DNA of 20,000 nt from Ancylonema sp. (lineage: Eukaryota): assembly GCA_050230475.1 (NCBI GenBank), contig JBFLGF010000102.1, forward strand, positions 52,161-72,160. Reading direction: 5' to 3'. The notes under the pieces are model-generated. The model worked only from the letters and a program-made list of their open reading frames with translations. It ran no database searches and was not told the origin of the DNA. This document shows, piece after piece, positions 1-11,619 of this stretch (positions are counted from its first letter, which is position 1; each line of letters begins with the position of its first letter). The position numbers were made by a program, and so were the translations under genes.

Positions 1-117
1 AACGGGGACGGTTCCTTTCCGCAAGTTTCCTCTTGGTTGTTGTTAGTAGGCTTTGGAATATCTTTGCTAGCCGCACGTGTGAGTGACGTGCATGAGGTTA
101 TCGATGTGTATGCATAC
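1..117. repeat. Direct repeat copy A (>=117 bp, truncated by window start), near-identical to 666-782
   Basis: aacggggacgg...gatgtgtatgcatac recurs at 666-782 with a few substitutions in the first ~40 bp; offset 665 bp. Confidence 0.9.
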
Positions 118-665
118 GCCAGCTCTCGTAGCGGTAGCGATCGTTTGTTATAGCGGGTCCGCCCCCGTTGTAGCCGGTTAAATTACGGTACGCCGCTGAA
201 GTCGGGATATTCAGGCCGGCGCTAGTTATCGGTCAGTTGTTGTCATATCGAGGGCTTCATTTCGAGGGCTTAATTTCGATTCAGATTCGTCGGCCGTGCG
301 CTCGCAGGCACGTGCCGGGGTACGCCAGCCGCCATACTAAACATCGGGAAGTAGCTTTGTACGGTTACTTCCAGCTATAACTTCCCGGAAACTTATGTGT
401 ATCGTCTGAATATTGTACATGTGTACTTTGCATCACAGTATAGCTTCATACGTCATGGATTGTTTGGCTGGAATGCACACCATAGCCTCATAAATTGGTC
501 TCTACATGCCGCATTTAGGCACCCTCGGCAAACCTTGCCTTGAATAGTTTATTAAAATCAAATTGTGTACGCGTGACTAGCTTTGTTGCGATGCGCTAAT
601 GGGTTTGGTGTGATGGTGTGACCATGTAATGCAATGCAATTAGCTATCTTAGTTGTGTCACACGG

Positions 666-782
666 AACGGGGACGGGTCCTTTCCGCACGTGTTCGCTTG
701 GTCGTTGTTAGTAGGCTTTGGAATATCTTTGCTAGCCGCACGTGTGAGTGACGTGCATGAGGTTATCGATGTGTATGCATAC
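666..782. repeat. Direct repeat copy B; probable TE terminus
   Basis: Matches 1-117. Ends in the palindrome tgtatgcataca (772-783), after which composition switches abruptly to A/C-rich sequence. Confidence 0.85.
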
Positions 783-1216
783 ATCAACATACAACAACAA
801 AAAATTACAAACAACGGCGTTCTACATTTAACGACCACAAAAGATTTATTATAAGAAACAACGCCCAAACGAATATTACCATACCCAAATTATACCAAAC
901 AATGAAAACGGAGAGCTAAGTGTCGTGGTGCAGCCACACCTTGTATTAGATTGTATATATATTATATAAATTATACATATAGATTACCATGTATGTGTCG
1001 TATCATGTCCACGGACTGCGGGACGCGGGACTGACCGATGACGGACGGTGGTACCGTTTCCTAACACGTTCCGAACGGCCGCATAACAGTTCCGAATCGT
1101 CGGGTACCGACGGCTGGGAGTTCCGATTGCCGAAGTACCAACTTCCGATACTTCCGATTCCTGCCGGATACCATACCGGCCAGGCTTGGGCGGGGCAAGG
1201 AAATTAAATTAAAAAA

Positions 1217-1244
1217 TGGGGCCTTAAGATTGGGGCCTTAAGAT
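1217..1244. repeat. Perfect 14-bp tandem duplication (tggggccttaagat x2)
   Basis: Seen directly at 1217-1230 and 1231-1244. Confidence 0.9.
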
Positions 1245-1627
1245 TCAATACACTCCTTGAGAACTTGTCTTCTTCTAGTGCCCTCATTACGCCTCCATTT
1301 TCTATGCCGTGAAATGCTGTGGGTAGATATTCTTATCAACTTCAGTTTAAGTTGCGCTACGTTACGTGATTCTACGGATCGTTTGCGTGGTGATAATCCG
1401 TTGGCCTCCGCATTCAAATCACCGCGCCCGGGAGGCAGCCACGCGATATTTTCTAGGTATCGCATATCTTGTTCATTCTTGGATTTTTAAATTTCAGTAC
1501 GTAGCCCTTTGTAGAGGCTACAATTTGAGTCCAAGTGGGCGTTAGGGGTCGCCGTATCACTTATGCAATCTCATTTCGTTTTTAGCTGATTTTGGCCTAT
1601 TTTGAGACCCTACGGCTATGGCCGGAG

Positions 1628-1656
1628 GGGGAGGGACTCAAGGGTCCCTCCCCTAG
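1628..1656 (+). other. GC-rich 10-bp hairpin ending in CTAG
   Basis: ggggagggac (1628-1637) / gtccctcccc (1644-1653), 6-nt loop; ctag at 1653-1656. Confidence 0.6.
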
Positions 1657-1892
1657 CTTTCGGCAAGGAGTAGGTCTTTGATTTACTGCCCTAACAATTG
1701 TGGAAAGTACTATACCAGCGCCGCATGGTTGGCACGTCATGTCGCAACATGTGTTCCGGACCCTGCATTGAGTGGGGGAGGCCCCGCACATGCTTCACCG
1801 GCCCTTCCCCGCCTCCCACCTTCGTCTTCGTGGTTCTGAGCCCTCGGCATTACGCTGTGCGATCCTACCGCCACAGGGTTGCATACTTGGAC

Positions 1893-4889
1893 ATGCATCC
1901 AACGACCAGTAGTGGACCCAGCGCAACACCCGCACCAACATCTACACCCCAACCTGTCAGGTCACCACCACTCCACCCGATACAACCATCAGTACAACAT
2001 ATCGCACCTGGAGGAAATACCAGTTTGGGACAACTCTTCATCACCAATATGGAGGCAGAATCTCGTCGACCTGCGCCACGCGAGGTTACTGCATACCCTC
2101 AAGATGACAGAGATCTTACAACTGTGGAAATATCCAGATCTATTATCCGTCAATTCCCCAACCAATTTCAAATCACCTCAGCATTCAGAGTACCCAGTCT
2201 TCAAACTATGATAGATTGGAAAATCATCCCTGCAACTCTTCATAAAATCCAAGAGGAAGAAATTCAAAGACAGATTTACAAACCAACCCAACCAGACATC
2301 ATCAACCATTTGGTGCATGAACATGCACGACAAGGCAGGAAACTACTAGCCAATGGGAGAGCCTGAGCACAAGCCATTACTCAACCATTTCCTATTCCAC
2401 TCAAATGGAAGGGTCGCCAACTCCATGGCACGAAACCTCTTCCTTCTACTATCAGCTACATTCGTGATGAATGTTCCACCCAAGGAGTGCACATTTGGAT
2501 GTCATGCCGCTAGAGATCGTTAGAAAATAAAGTCTTTTTAATTGTCGATCCGCTTGAAAAATAGCAATTTTGGTAATTGTCGATTTTTAGTCGTTATATT
2601 GAACCCTGTCGTTATATGAGTTTCAATCAGTCAGACGTTTGATTTGATAATTTTTTTATACTCAGTCAATCTAGAAAAGTCAGTGCACCACTTTTTAGAT
2701 TTTAAGTCAGAGTCTTTTGTCGTATCGACGAGTTAGTAGATTCCCAGTGCGCGCCGAGTTTTATCTCAGTCAGCCAGCCTGGCGTTTAATCCGCCGCACG
2801 TGTTAAATCTAGAACTCTAGAATAGACAGTCACGATTAGCTGTCTAGTCGATATTCGTTTTCTACCTTACATCAAGATAAAATCTAGATTACCGCGCGGG
2901 TGAAACGGCGCGTCGATTGTACTAAAGCCTAAGTCGCTTTCTGAACTGCTGTCAGTTTACGCTGTCTGAATTTCAACAACTCTTTGCAATCGCCATCTTT
3001 GCAATCTCCGTGAAATCGTGTATTCTGCAATCGTCAACAATCGTTATCAAGTGTGCCGTTTCGCCTTTGATATTTTGTGTGAATTTCTGCAAACTTCGCG
3101 TCGCTCCATTCAGCCGTAAGTCTGCGAAATTGCCTGATTGCTTGTGCGTGCTGTCGCACAAAAATTCGTGTGCCGTTTTGCATACGCATTGTGTGAAATT
3201 ATGCCGTAGTCAGAATTAACGTTACCCTTGCAAAATCGTGACCCTAGCAAGTCATTGATTGTCAGCCGTTTTGCTGACGTCAAAAATCGTTACATTTAGC
3301 TGCACCGTTTCGTGCGAGCTCAGCCAGACAATTCACTCTTTGAATTGCCTGCACCCGTTCAAGCTTTTCAGTGAATCGTTTTGTTCACGACAACGTTTCA
3401 TTCCTGAAACCAATAGTGAGTGCGCACCCCGTCGCAACCAACTATCATTCATTCTGCACCCTTGTATAAATTCTATAGCTATGTGCCTTGCGTTCTCTTT
3501 ACTCGTAGTTGTCACCTGTCGTAAGGTACGATAACCTGCAACGCCTGATTAACCTTAGTGTTGTTTCTAGACCTCCCACCACTAAGCGTTGAGTGCATCT
3601 CAGCTTTCGGCGAGTAGTAGCTACGGCAAACTTCGTTGATAAGTCACATACCGTGCTTGAATTACATTCTTGTGTGGTCAGTAGGGATTCAACCAATCTA
3701 CGTGAGATCCAGATGATGACCAAAGGCCCAATTCTAATGCAGCTCACGCAGACAAGCAGCCAAGACATCAACCGACATCCGTCATTTTCATCGACGCAGA
3801 AAATTACAAAAAGACAAGTTTTGCAGATTTTTCCAAAATCTGTCGATTTCTTTGTTTTTTAGAGATTTCGCCGACAGGGTGTTTGCCGACTCTATCTGGC
3901 ACGTCATGGATTCCCTGGGTAAACGCAGACCTGACTCCAATCGTGTACAGCCTCAAACAAGGGAAACTCATCAAAGGCGTCACTATAGCCACACCAGACG
4001 TCCACTGCAAAAACATCGTGCGTCAGAACCTGCGCAAACTTCAACTCAGTTACCCACATCTGTTACCAGACTCTGCCATCAATTTGTGTGACAACATTTT
4101 ACCACCCCGCGCTGTGGACATCACCTTGGCCCAGATGAGAGAACTGGTCGCAAAACATGGACCGATCGACATTGTGGGGGGAAACTGGCACATGGAAACA
4201 CGCCGCTCATTCAGTGGACAGCAAGGGGTCAATGACTACCGCATACTACCCTTCTTCGCAGTTCTATCATGGCTCCACTGGCAGAATGAGATCTATGGCT
4301 TCTACCCCGTCACCCTTTTCTCACATGTGGACTACCCGGAATGCCCACTGTGGGCCATCGAACAGGGCTACTTGGTTGAAGCTTTCCTCGGACCATCAGT
4401 CACTATTGACGCAGCCACCTTGGCTGGAAATATCATTCGACCTACCCGCATCTGGACCAACATTCTCACACCACGACGAGAACTTCACTACTGCATACCC
4501 GAACATAGATTTGCACACACTCTGGACAAACAAGTGCTGGAACCAACCCATACTGCAGTACCTGCTCTAAGGAGGAAGCTATACCACACACCCCGAACAT
4601 ATATGAGCAACCACGCTGCGTTTTTCCACAACTTCCACCATACCTGGACTCACCCAACTATTTCATACAACCAGATGGGACACCGGGATGTGGCATGGTG
4701 TACGACGCAAACCTTCAGCAATGGCAGGCATCCACACCATACGAATTGGAACGTGCACTGAGACTCCAGATCGGCATCACTGCACACAAGATTATTGATC
4801 AACCCACACGTGTACAATTCTTGGGGCACTGCATGGATGACCGCATCACTACCTTTATCGCAAGACTACATTTGGGACTCACCACATAG
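1893..4889 (+). pseudogene. Disrupted TE-borne ORF (~530 codons): Pro/Thr-rich N-terminus plus a degenerate cytosine-5 DNA methyltransferase-like domain
   Basis: ATG 1893; in-frame TGA at 2364-2366; same frame open 2367-2498. Removing 2500-3906 plus one TGGA copy joins it in frame (QGVHIW-IPWVNADL) to 3911 onward. One frameshift at ~4565-4625 leads to the frame ending at TAG 4889. Motif order matches C5-MTases: GVHIWIPW (motif I position), LQLSYPHLLPDSAI, GPIDIVGGNW...GQQGVNDYR..F (IV/V), LFSHV (VI), LGPSVTIDAA...RPTRIWTN (VII/VIII), GMVYD...ELERALRLQIGIT (IX), RVQFLGHCMD (X). Confidence 0.7.
2500..3906. mobile_element. 1407-bp solo-LTR-like insertion (TG...CA) with 4-bp TSD TGGA
   Basis: tgga (2496-2499)|tgtcatgccgctagagatcgt ... 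ccgactctatctggcacgtca|tgga (3907-3910). Excision restores the host reading frame. No recognisable coding domain inside. Confidence 0.8.
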
Positions 4890-4920
4890 GAATCAACCCT
4901 CACCCCGGACACCAGGTATA

Positions 4921-5101
4921 CAGTGCAGTCTTGATATAGTGACACACTGTACAGTGACAATCGCGATATAATGACATTTGTTTTGCCCTTTTTCTAATCC
5001 TATATAAAAACGTACTTTATATAGTGACAATCGCTATAGTGACACACGTTATAGTGACCAAAAATTCCCAGATTTTTGTATTGCGATGTCACTATATCGA
5101 G
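4921..5101 (+). repeat. Left TIR (4921-4944) plus subterminal (a)tatagtgaca repeats
   Basis: tatagtgac-like motif repeated about six times in 4935-5060, with an inverted copy tgtcactatatcgag at 5087-5101. Confidence 0.9.
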
Positions 5102-6551
5102 TGGATATTAAAGTAAACGCCGTTTAGATGACCCACCTCCCCCCCTTCAGGAAAAAAAAAAAAACACACTGAAATAGAGAACTAACGTTATAACGAAAAC
5201 ATGTCGTCATAATCATAAAGATCTCTCTAGAACATTCTGGTCGTCCAAAACGTGTAGAACATCTGCAACACCAAGAGGTCAAGTCAGATTGACAGAACTT
5301 CACAAACGCCATTTACCTGCATACTCTTCATTTGTACACTTTCACCGCCTGCCGTCGCAAGGATGGCAGGCGGTACTTCATCCGGAGGTGCATCTTCATC
5401 TCGCGTGAAACGAAAACGGATCGCCTTGACAGGAGCCGAGAAGAAGCTTTTGTGTGAACTACGTGATCAAAATCCAGGCTGAACTCAAGAAACTCTCTGT
5501 GAAAGAGTGAGTGCGCAACTTGAGAAGCAAGTTAGCAAACCTGTCTTTGTAAGCATTTGGAAGGATCGTGAGAAATGGCTCGCTCTAAGTGAATTAGAAA
5601 GCTCAAAAAAGAGGAATCGGCCTGGGAGATTCGAAAAGGTCGAAGAGGGCGTTCTTATCTGGTTTTAGCAGGTACGAATAGAGTGTGTAAACGCTTTTAA
5701 ATGTGGTTACTAGTATTGTTGCTCATACGAATTTCTTGTCCGTTGAAAGGCGTGTTATAGTTATTATATTAGTAACCACTGCAAATGCTGATAGGGAATT
5801 CTGGCGTTTCCCGTTTGTGCAGGCAAGGGCAGCAAATTTAAACCTGAGGGATAGACTTGTGGTCTAGAAGGCGAAGGATTTGGCGGTGGCCCTGGGGGAC
5901 ACCGAGTTTAGGGGCTCCGTTGGCTGGCTATCTAACTTCAAGAATCGAAATGGGATAAAGGGCGAGATTGGGCATGGCGAGAGCGCAGACGCCAACCAAA
6001 GCGGGGTGGATTTGGCCAGGGAAGCAGTATCCAAGGTCATTGAGAAAGGAGGTTACAAAATGGAAGACATTTTCAATATGGACGAGACAGGCCTTTTTTG
6101 GAAGTCTCGCCCATCGAATTCACTTGCCCAAGGTTAGTATTTGGTATAAAAAGATTGCACATTTTGTTGATAGTATCTTCTACTTATTATGGAAAAAACA
6201 TCTTTCGTCATGTGCAGGTACCATCCGTGGATTCAAGGATTCGAAGGAGCGCATCACAGTAGGATTTTGTGTGAATGCTATTGGGACGGAGCGTTTGAAG
6301 CCCATCGTCATCCACAAGTTTCGCAGACCACACGATTTTGGAAGGTGGTGGAAACCTGACATGACCCACTACTACGTGAACTCCAAGGCCTGGATGACTG
6401 GCCAAGTGGATATTGATGCTAAGTGCTCTAAAAGTATCATACTTCGATGACTTCCATTTTCCGCCTTATGACCGCCAAGTGATAGTTTTTGCCTTGTAGT
6501 TGAAGAGTATCCTTTTTTAATGAATTTTAATATTTTGCCTACCCCCTACAG

Positions 6552-7150
6552 TATTGCATATTGAACGTGCACTACTCTCCTTTATGTAAAAGCAAAGTAT
6601 TCAACAAGTGCAAATTCAGAATTCATATATCAATTCATCATGGTCTCCTTGCAAGAAATTATTTTTAAAAAAGATAGTAGAAAGTTCATACACGAGAGTC
6701 TTAGTACAAACCAACTCAAATCCTAACTGATGCAACTTCTGGGATCGACAGCCCCTGACCTCTAAGCATACCCACGTATCACTTATGTGTCACTATCTCA
6801 CACCTAGTGTCTTGTAAAGTCGACACGTTATCTGTCAATCCTTACACACGTGTTTAAAAATCACCACCTTTTGTCAACACGTGTATCATTATAAATGAAA
6901 CACAACACAATTAAAATCACTCGATTCGGACCACGCATGACGCGTGTCGACCAATTCAAAGTTGACGGTTTACCGTCTATACCCCTAATTTGCACTCAGA
7001 ACGTAATACTTGTAAAATCCATATCTTTCTAACCACAACTCCAAATCAACTAATTCTTTCACTAAAATTATCCTTGAGTTATCATCTCTACAATTCACAC
7101 ATCGACACAACCCAAATTTTACTTATTGTACAGATTTCTAGTTTCTCACA
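6552..7150 (-). repeat. Copia 3' LTR (599 bp)
   Basis: Direct repeat of 11619-12234; minus strand reads TGTGAGAAAC...ATGCAATA. Confidence 0.95.
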
Positions 7151-7160
7151 TTCCCCCTCC
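7151..7160 (-). other. Copia polypurine tract
   Basis: Minus strand GGAGGGGGAA immediately precedes the 3' LTR. Confidence 0.9.
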
Positions 7161-7179
7161 TAGAACTTTAGTGCAATCC

Positions 7180-10100
7180 TCAAACAATCTTGCCTCCACC
7201 TCGACTCATTCCTATCAGTCGCATGTTCTCCTTTAGCACTCCTGGTCCCACACACTTGTTCAACGTTTCTGCCCCCATGGCCTTTGTCTCAATTTGCTGC
7301 AACTCAATCCTCCCATCCCTCACGTGTTGGCGCACCGAATGGAACTTCACCAAGATGTGTTTCGAACGTCGATGGAACACGGGATTTTCAGCCAACTTCT
7401 GGCACGACTCATTGTCTCCCACAATCAGAGTCCCCTTATCATTCACCACACCCAGCTCCTCTTGCATCTGTCTCCTGTAAACCCCCCCGTTCACGGCACC
7501 ACTCAACGCCACATACTCGGACTCGCAACTCGAGTGTGTCACCACCTCTAGCAACGAGCTCCTCCACACAGCAGCACCACCACTCAAGAAAACATTATAA
7601 TCTCCTCGCCCCCTCAACTCCTCGGTCTCACTAGCATTGCTAGCATCACAATACCCCCAAACTGGAACTTGACTCCCCTTACGGTCAAGTAGCCCCACGT
7701 CCGCACTCCCGTGCACATAGCGAAGAACTCGCTTCACCCCCTCCCAATGTGCCATCCCTGGATCTTGGGAGAAGCGACTCAACACACTCATGGCAGCCCC
7801 AAGGTCGGGGCGAGTCACGGTCATTAAGTACATGAGAGAGCCGATCGCCTCGCGATAAGGGTAGCACCCCATTAGCTCCCGCTCGGCTTCGGACTCAGGC
7901 TTTTGCTTGGCACTCAACTTGGACCCGGGCTCCAAGGGTGTAGATGCAGGCTTCGGGTTCTCCATCCCGAACCTCACCACCACCTCCTTGGCGTACTTCT
8001 CCTGTACCACGAACACGTCTCCCCCCGGAATCCGACGGATCTCTATCCCAAGTAGAACTTTGCCTCCCCGAGGTCTTTCATCTTAAACTCTTGGTGGAGC
8101 ATCCCCTTCACCGTCATGGATCTTCCCCAACATTTTCCCCAACAAAAACAAGTCATCGACATAGAGGGCTAGATACACCTTATCCGCCCCCTCCCCCCCT
8201 TTCACATAGATGCCGAAGTCTGAAACAAGCCTGTGAACCCCATGCCCACTAAGATCTTGTCGATGTAGAGCGGTTCCACTCCCTCGGAGCCTGCTTCAAG
8301 CCGTAAAGGCATTTTAGCAGTAGCCACACCTCATCACCCGGCAAGCACGCCCTCGGGCTGTTCCATGTAGACCTCCTCCTCTAAGGGTGCGTAAAGAAAG
8401 GCCGTCGTCACATCCATTTGATGCATCTCTAACCCCTCCGAGACCCCTAAAGCGATCAAACTCCTAATAGCTACAAACCGAACCGTAGGTGAGAATGATT
8501 GGTTGTAGTTGACCCCTTCAACCTGACTATACCCCTTGGCCACTACCCTAGCCTTGTATGTCACCACCTTTCCATCGACATCGGTCTTTAGCCGGAGCAC
8601 CCACCTGGACTTTACCACTTTCTTCCCTCGGCCCACTAGCTTATAGACACCATTCTCCCTAAGGCTGCCCATCTCACTAGCCACCGCGGCTTGCCACTTT
8701 TTTGTCCTTCCCATTCATCGCCTCACCAAAAGTTTCCGGACATTTTGAGCCTCTCCCACAAATGCAGCCATATACGGCTCGATGAAGCGCAATGGAGGGA
8801 CACCCCTATTCTCCCTTCCACTACGCCGAGGGCTCTTCCGGTGCGGGTGGCTCTCCTCCCTCATCATCTCTCCGTCACTCCCATCATCGACATCACCGCC
8901 ACCTCCGCCACCTTGCCCAAAACCATCATCGTTGTTGTTTGTCATCACCACCCTCATCCACCATCTTCAGCCTCATCATAATCATCATCGTCCTCCCCGT
9001 CCTCATCATCACTTGAATCCTCCACGAGATCGGGAATGACATCGACGACGATGGGTGGGGAATTTTGGGGAACCCTCTCGGAACTATCCCCTCCCATTTC
9101 GTCATCGTTCAAGTCCGGAAAGCCGATCGGCTCGTCGTCGAGCTCGGGGACTTTGGCTTTCCTCCCAACTCTCCTTCAGCCACCATGATGCCTTCACACC
9201 CTCATCGAACACCGGCTTCCCCACGTTCGTCGAGACGGTTCGCTTCACCGGATCCCACACCACCCGAAAAGCCGAACTCTCCGTGGAGTAATAACCGACC
9301 AACAACACTCCTTCTTGCCACCTCACCGCACCCATTTTTCCCGCCCGCTCTCCCTTCTCGAGAGAGAAGACAGTACACCCGACATCCGTATGCTCTCAAG
9401 TGTGCGATCGATGGCTTCTCCCCGGTCCACATTTCGTGAGGTGTTGCTGGCAGCCCACTAACCGCTCCCCGGTTACGTAGGTAGGTGGCAAGTGGCAATC
9501 GTCTCCGCCACAGACTCCCCGGTAGCCCTGTACCGTTCATCATCGCCCTCGCCCGATCTTGAAGCATCCGGTTCATCCGCTCGACCACTCCGTTGGCTTG
9601 CGGCGAATCGGGCGGAGTGAATTCCTGCTCCACTCCCCTGGCCGCTAGCCACTTCTTGAGCGACGTCTTCGTGAACTCTCCGCCGTTTTCGGAGCGCAAC
9701 TTCTTCACCTCCTACCCGACTGCTTTTCTTGCACGACGACCCACTCCTTCAGAAGTAGCTCCGCGGACGCCTTGTCTTTCAGCGGGATCGCCCAATTGTA
9801 GCGCGTGTACTCGTCGACGAGGACCAGGTTGTAGGACGCCCCCCCGAGTGATTTCGGCTTGAAGGGGCCAGCCAGGTCCATGTAGACACGCCCGAATGGC
9901 TCCTGAGCGCGCAGCGCCGGATCGACGCGAGGATGCGGAGGAGACTGTCCCTTTCCCAACAGACAGCCAGCACACGGCCCAAGGTCCCCCATAATTTCGG
10001 AATCGAACCCGCGCACGAGCCCTTCCCGCAGCATCCTCTCCAATGGTCCCAGTGAGGCGTATCCGCAGCGTCGATGGAGTAGCTCGACATTGATATCCGC

Positions 10101-11619
10101 CCGCAGACACTCAGGGACTTCCAGCATTTCTTCGCCAAGGGCTGGTCGACTAATCAGCGTCGGTCGACCAGCGGAATTCTCGATCATCGCTGCAAATTGC
10201 ATTGTTTTCCTGCAAAATTGTACAGCGGCACTTTTTGCCCGGTCTTGCCGGACATCGAGTAACTTCCCTCTTTTTCACGAAGCCTCTGCACCGAGAAATG
10301 TTCACATGCATTCCCGAGCATGTACAAGCGATCGTGCAAATTGACGACAGAGTCCTCTCCGTCAACTCCCTCGGAGACCACTTTCCCGAGGCCCCAATAC
10401 TCAAGTTTCACTTGTCCCTGCACTCGCTTGACGTGATATCCGGCCGGCACGGGCTTCATCCACACGAACTGCTTGGCGTCACTGCACATGTGATGATTGG
10501 CCCCGGAGTCACAGAGGTAGATGTTTTTGTCGCATCCGGCATCACCTTCGCCGAGTACCACCTCCCCTGCCATGTCTTCCGAAAATCCAACTTCTGCCCG
10601 TCGACCGACTGGGCCGTCCACCGATTGGCCTCCCGGCAGGTGGCCCGCCTGCAGCAGCTTTCTGGCCCCGCGGCTTGTTGTCTCTTTGTCGAAGCAGATG
10701 CGTTCAAGGTGTCCCACTCCGCCACAGTAACTGCAGATTTTGTCCTTGTGCGGGCAATCTCGACCGAAGTGATCCGCACCTCCACACCTGTAGCACTCCT
10801 GGGAGTCGCCACCACGTCCACCAGCAGCACCGCGACCAGATCCACCGCGACCACCAAGAGCTCCGCCACGAGGAACGAACTTCTTTCCGCCACCGGCACC
10901 TCGTCCTCCACCGTAGTATGCCTCAGCTGCCTCCTTATCCTTCGCGACTTTCGCAAAGAGAGTTGCACCGTGCGCAGCTCAATCCGACCTCTTCAATCTC
11001 CGCTTCTTGTCGTCGATTTGCGTGTAGATCCACACTATCGAAGGAAGTGGAGACGTCACCCAGTACGTATACCTGAGTGATTCATAGCTGTCATCGAGTG
11101 CGTCAAGCAGAGTCATCGAAATGTCCTCATCTGTAGGAAAGTAATTTTTCTGCCTACACTTTTCAGCCAATAGCTCGAGCCTGTGCTGCAATAGAACCAC
11201 ATCTTCCTTAGGATCAATGCGAAATGCACGAAGCTCTTCTTTCATCTGTTGTGTCATGCCCGGAGGTAGTCTCTCTCTATCTTCTCCTAGATGTCTGCAG
11301 GATTCCTAGGAACAGAGTTCAACAATTGTACTAGAGAATCGTCAATGGACTGAGTCAAAATTGAAACGCCTCTCTTGTAGCGCTTTGAAACGCCTCTCTT
11401 GTAGCGCTTTGCAAAGTCTTTCAGATCAGCCACGTTGTCATCCATTGCTGCCTGGTTAGTTATTTTTCCCAGCGCATCAAGAGTTGGCAAAACTTCGACA
11501 GGAATCGTCTCTTTTCTCTGTGTGATCCTCAGCATCGGCTTCATCGAGAGTGGCAAACACTTTTGTGCTCCAAGCACCAAAAAAAATCCCATTGAAATAA
11601 GTTTTTTTGCTGATACCAT
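7180..11619 (-). pseudogene. Copia gag-pol polyprotein broken by several stops and frameshifts
   Basis: Zinc knuckle CSYCGGVGHLERIC (~10696-10737); protease CDSGANHHM; LLHRRCGY...CAGC; integrase YMDLAGP / VDEYTRY / RSENGGEF / NGVVERMNR; RT KARVVAKGYSQ, QMDVTTAFL, YGLKQAPREW, LYVDDL; RNase H GYCDA, SSCESEY, DNES, PVFHRRSKHI. Confidence 0.95.
11609..11618 (-). other. Primer binding site (initiator tRNA-Met type)
   Basis: Minus strand TGGTATCAGC directly after the 5' LTR; typical plant iMet PBS begins TGGTATCAG. Confidence 0.85.

Noticed and set aside
989..1207. 72-aa ORF in a region with repeated ttccga motifs
   Set aside because: No protein motif; more likely a non-coding TE remnant whose boundaries could not be defined.
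3883..3910. Start of the 292-aa ORF (MPTLSGTSW)
   Set aside because: These codons come from the end of the 2500-3906 insertion; the true frame continues from 2498.
10202..11080. 292-aa plus-strand ORF and other plus-strand ORFs in 7190-11076
   Set aside because: Antisense shadows of the GC-rich copia gag-pol with no recognisable motifs.
11361..11408. 24-bp tandem duplication in gag (KRYKRGVS x2)
   Set aside because: Real but an ordinary in-frame slippage event in a decayed element.
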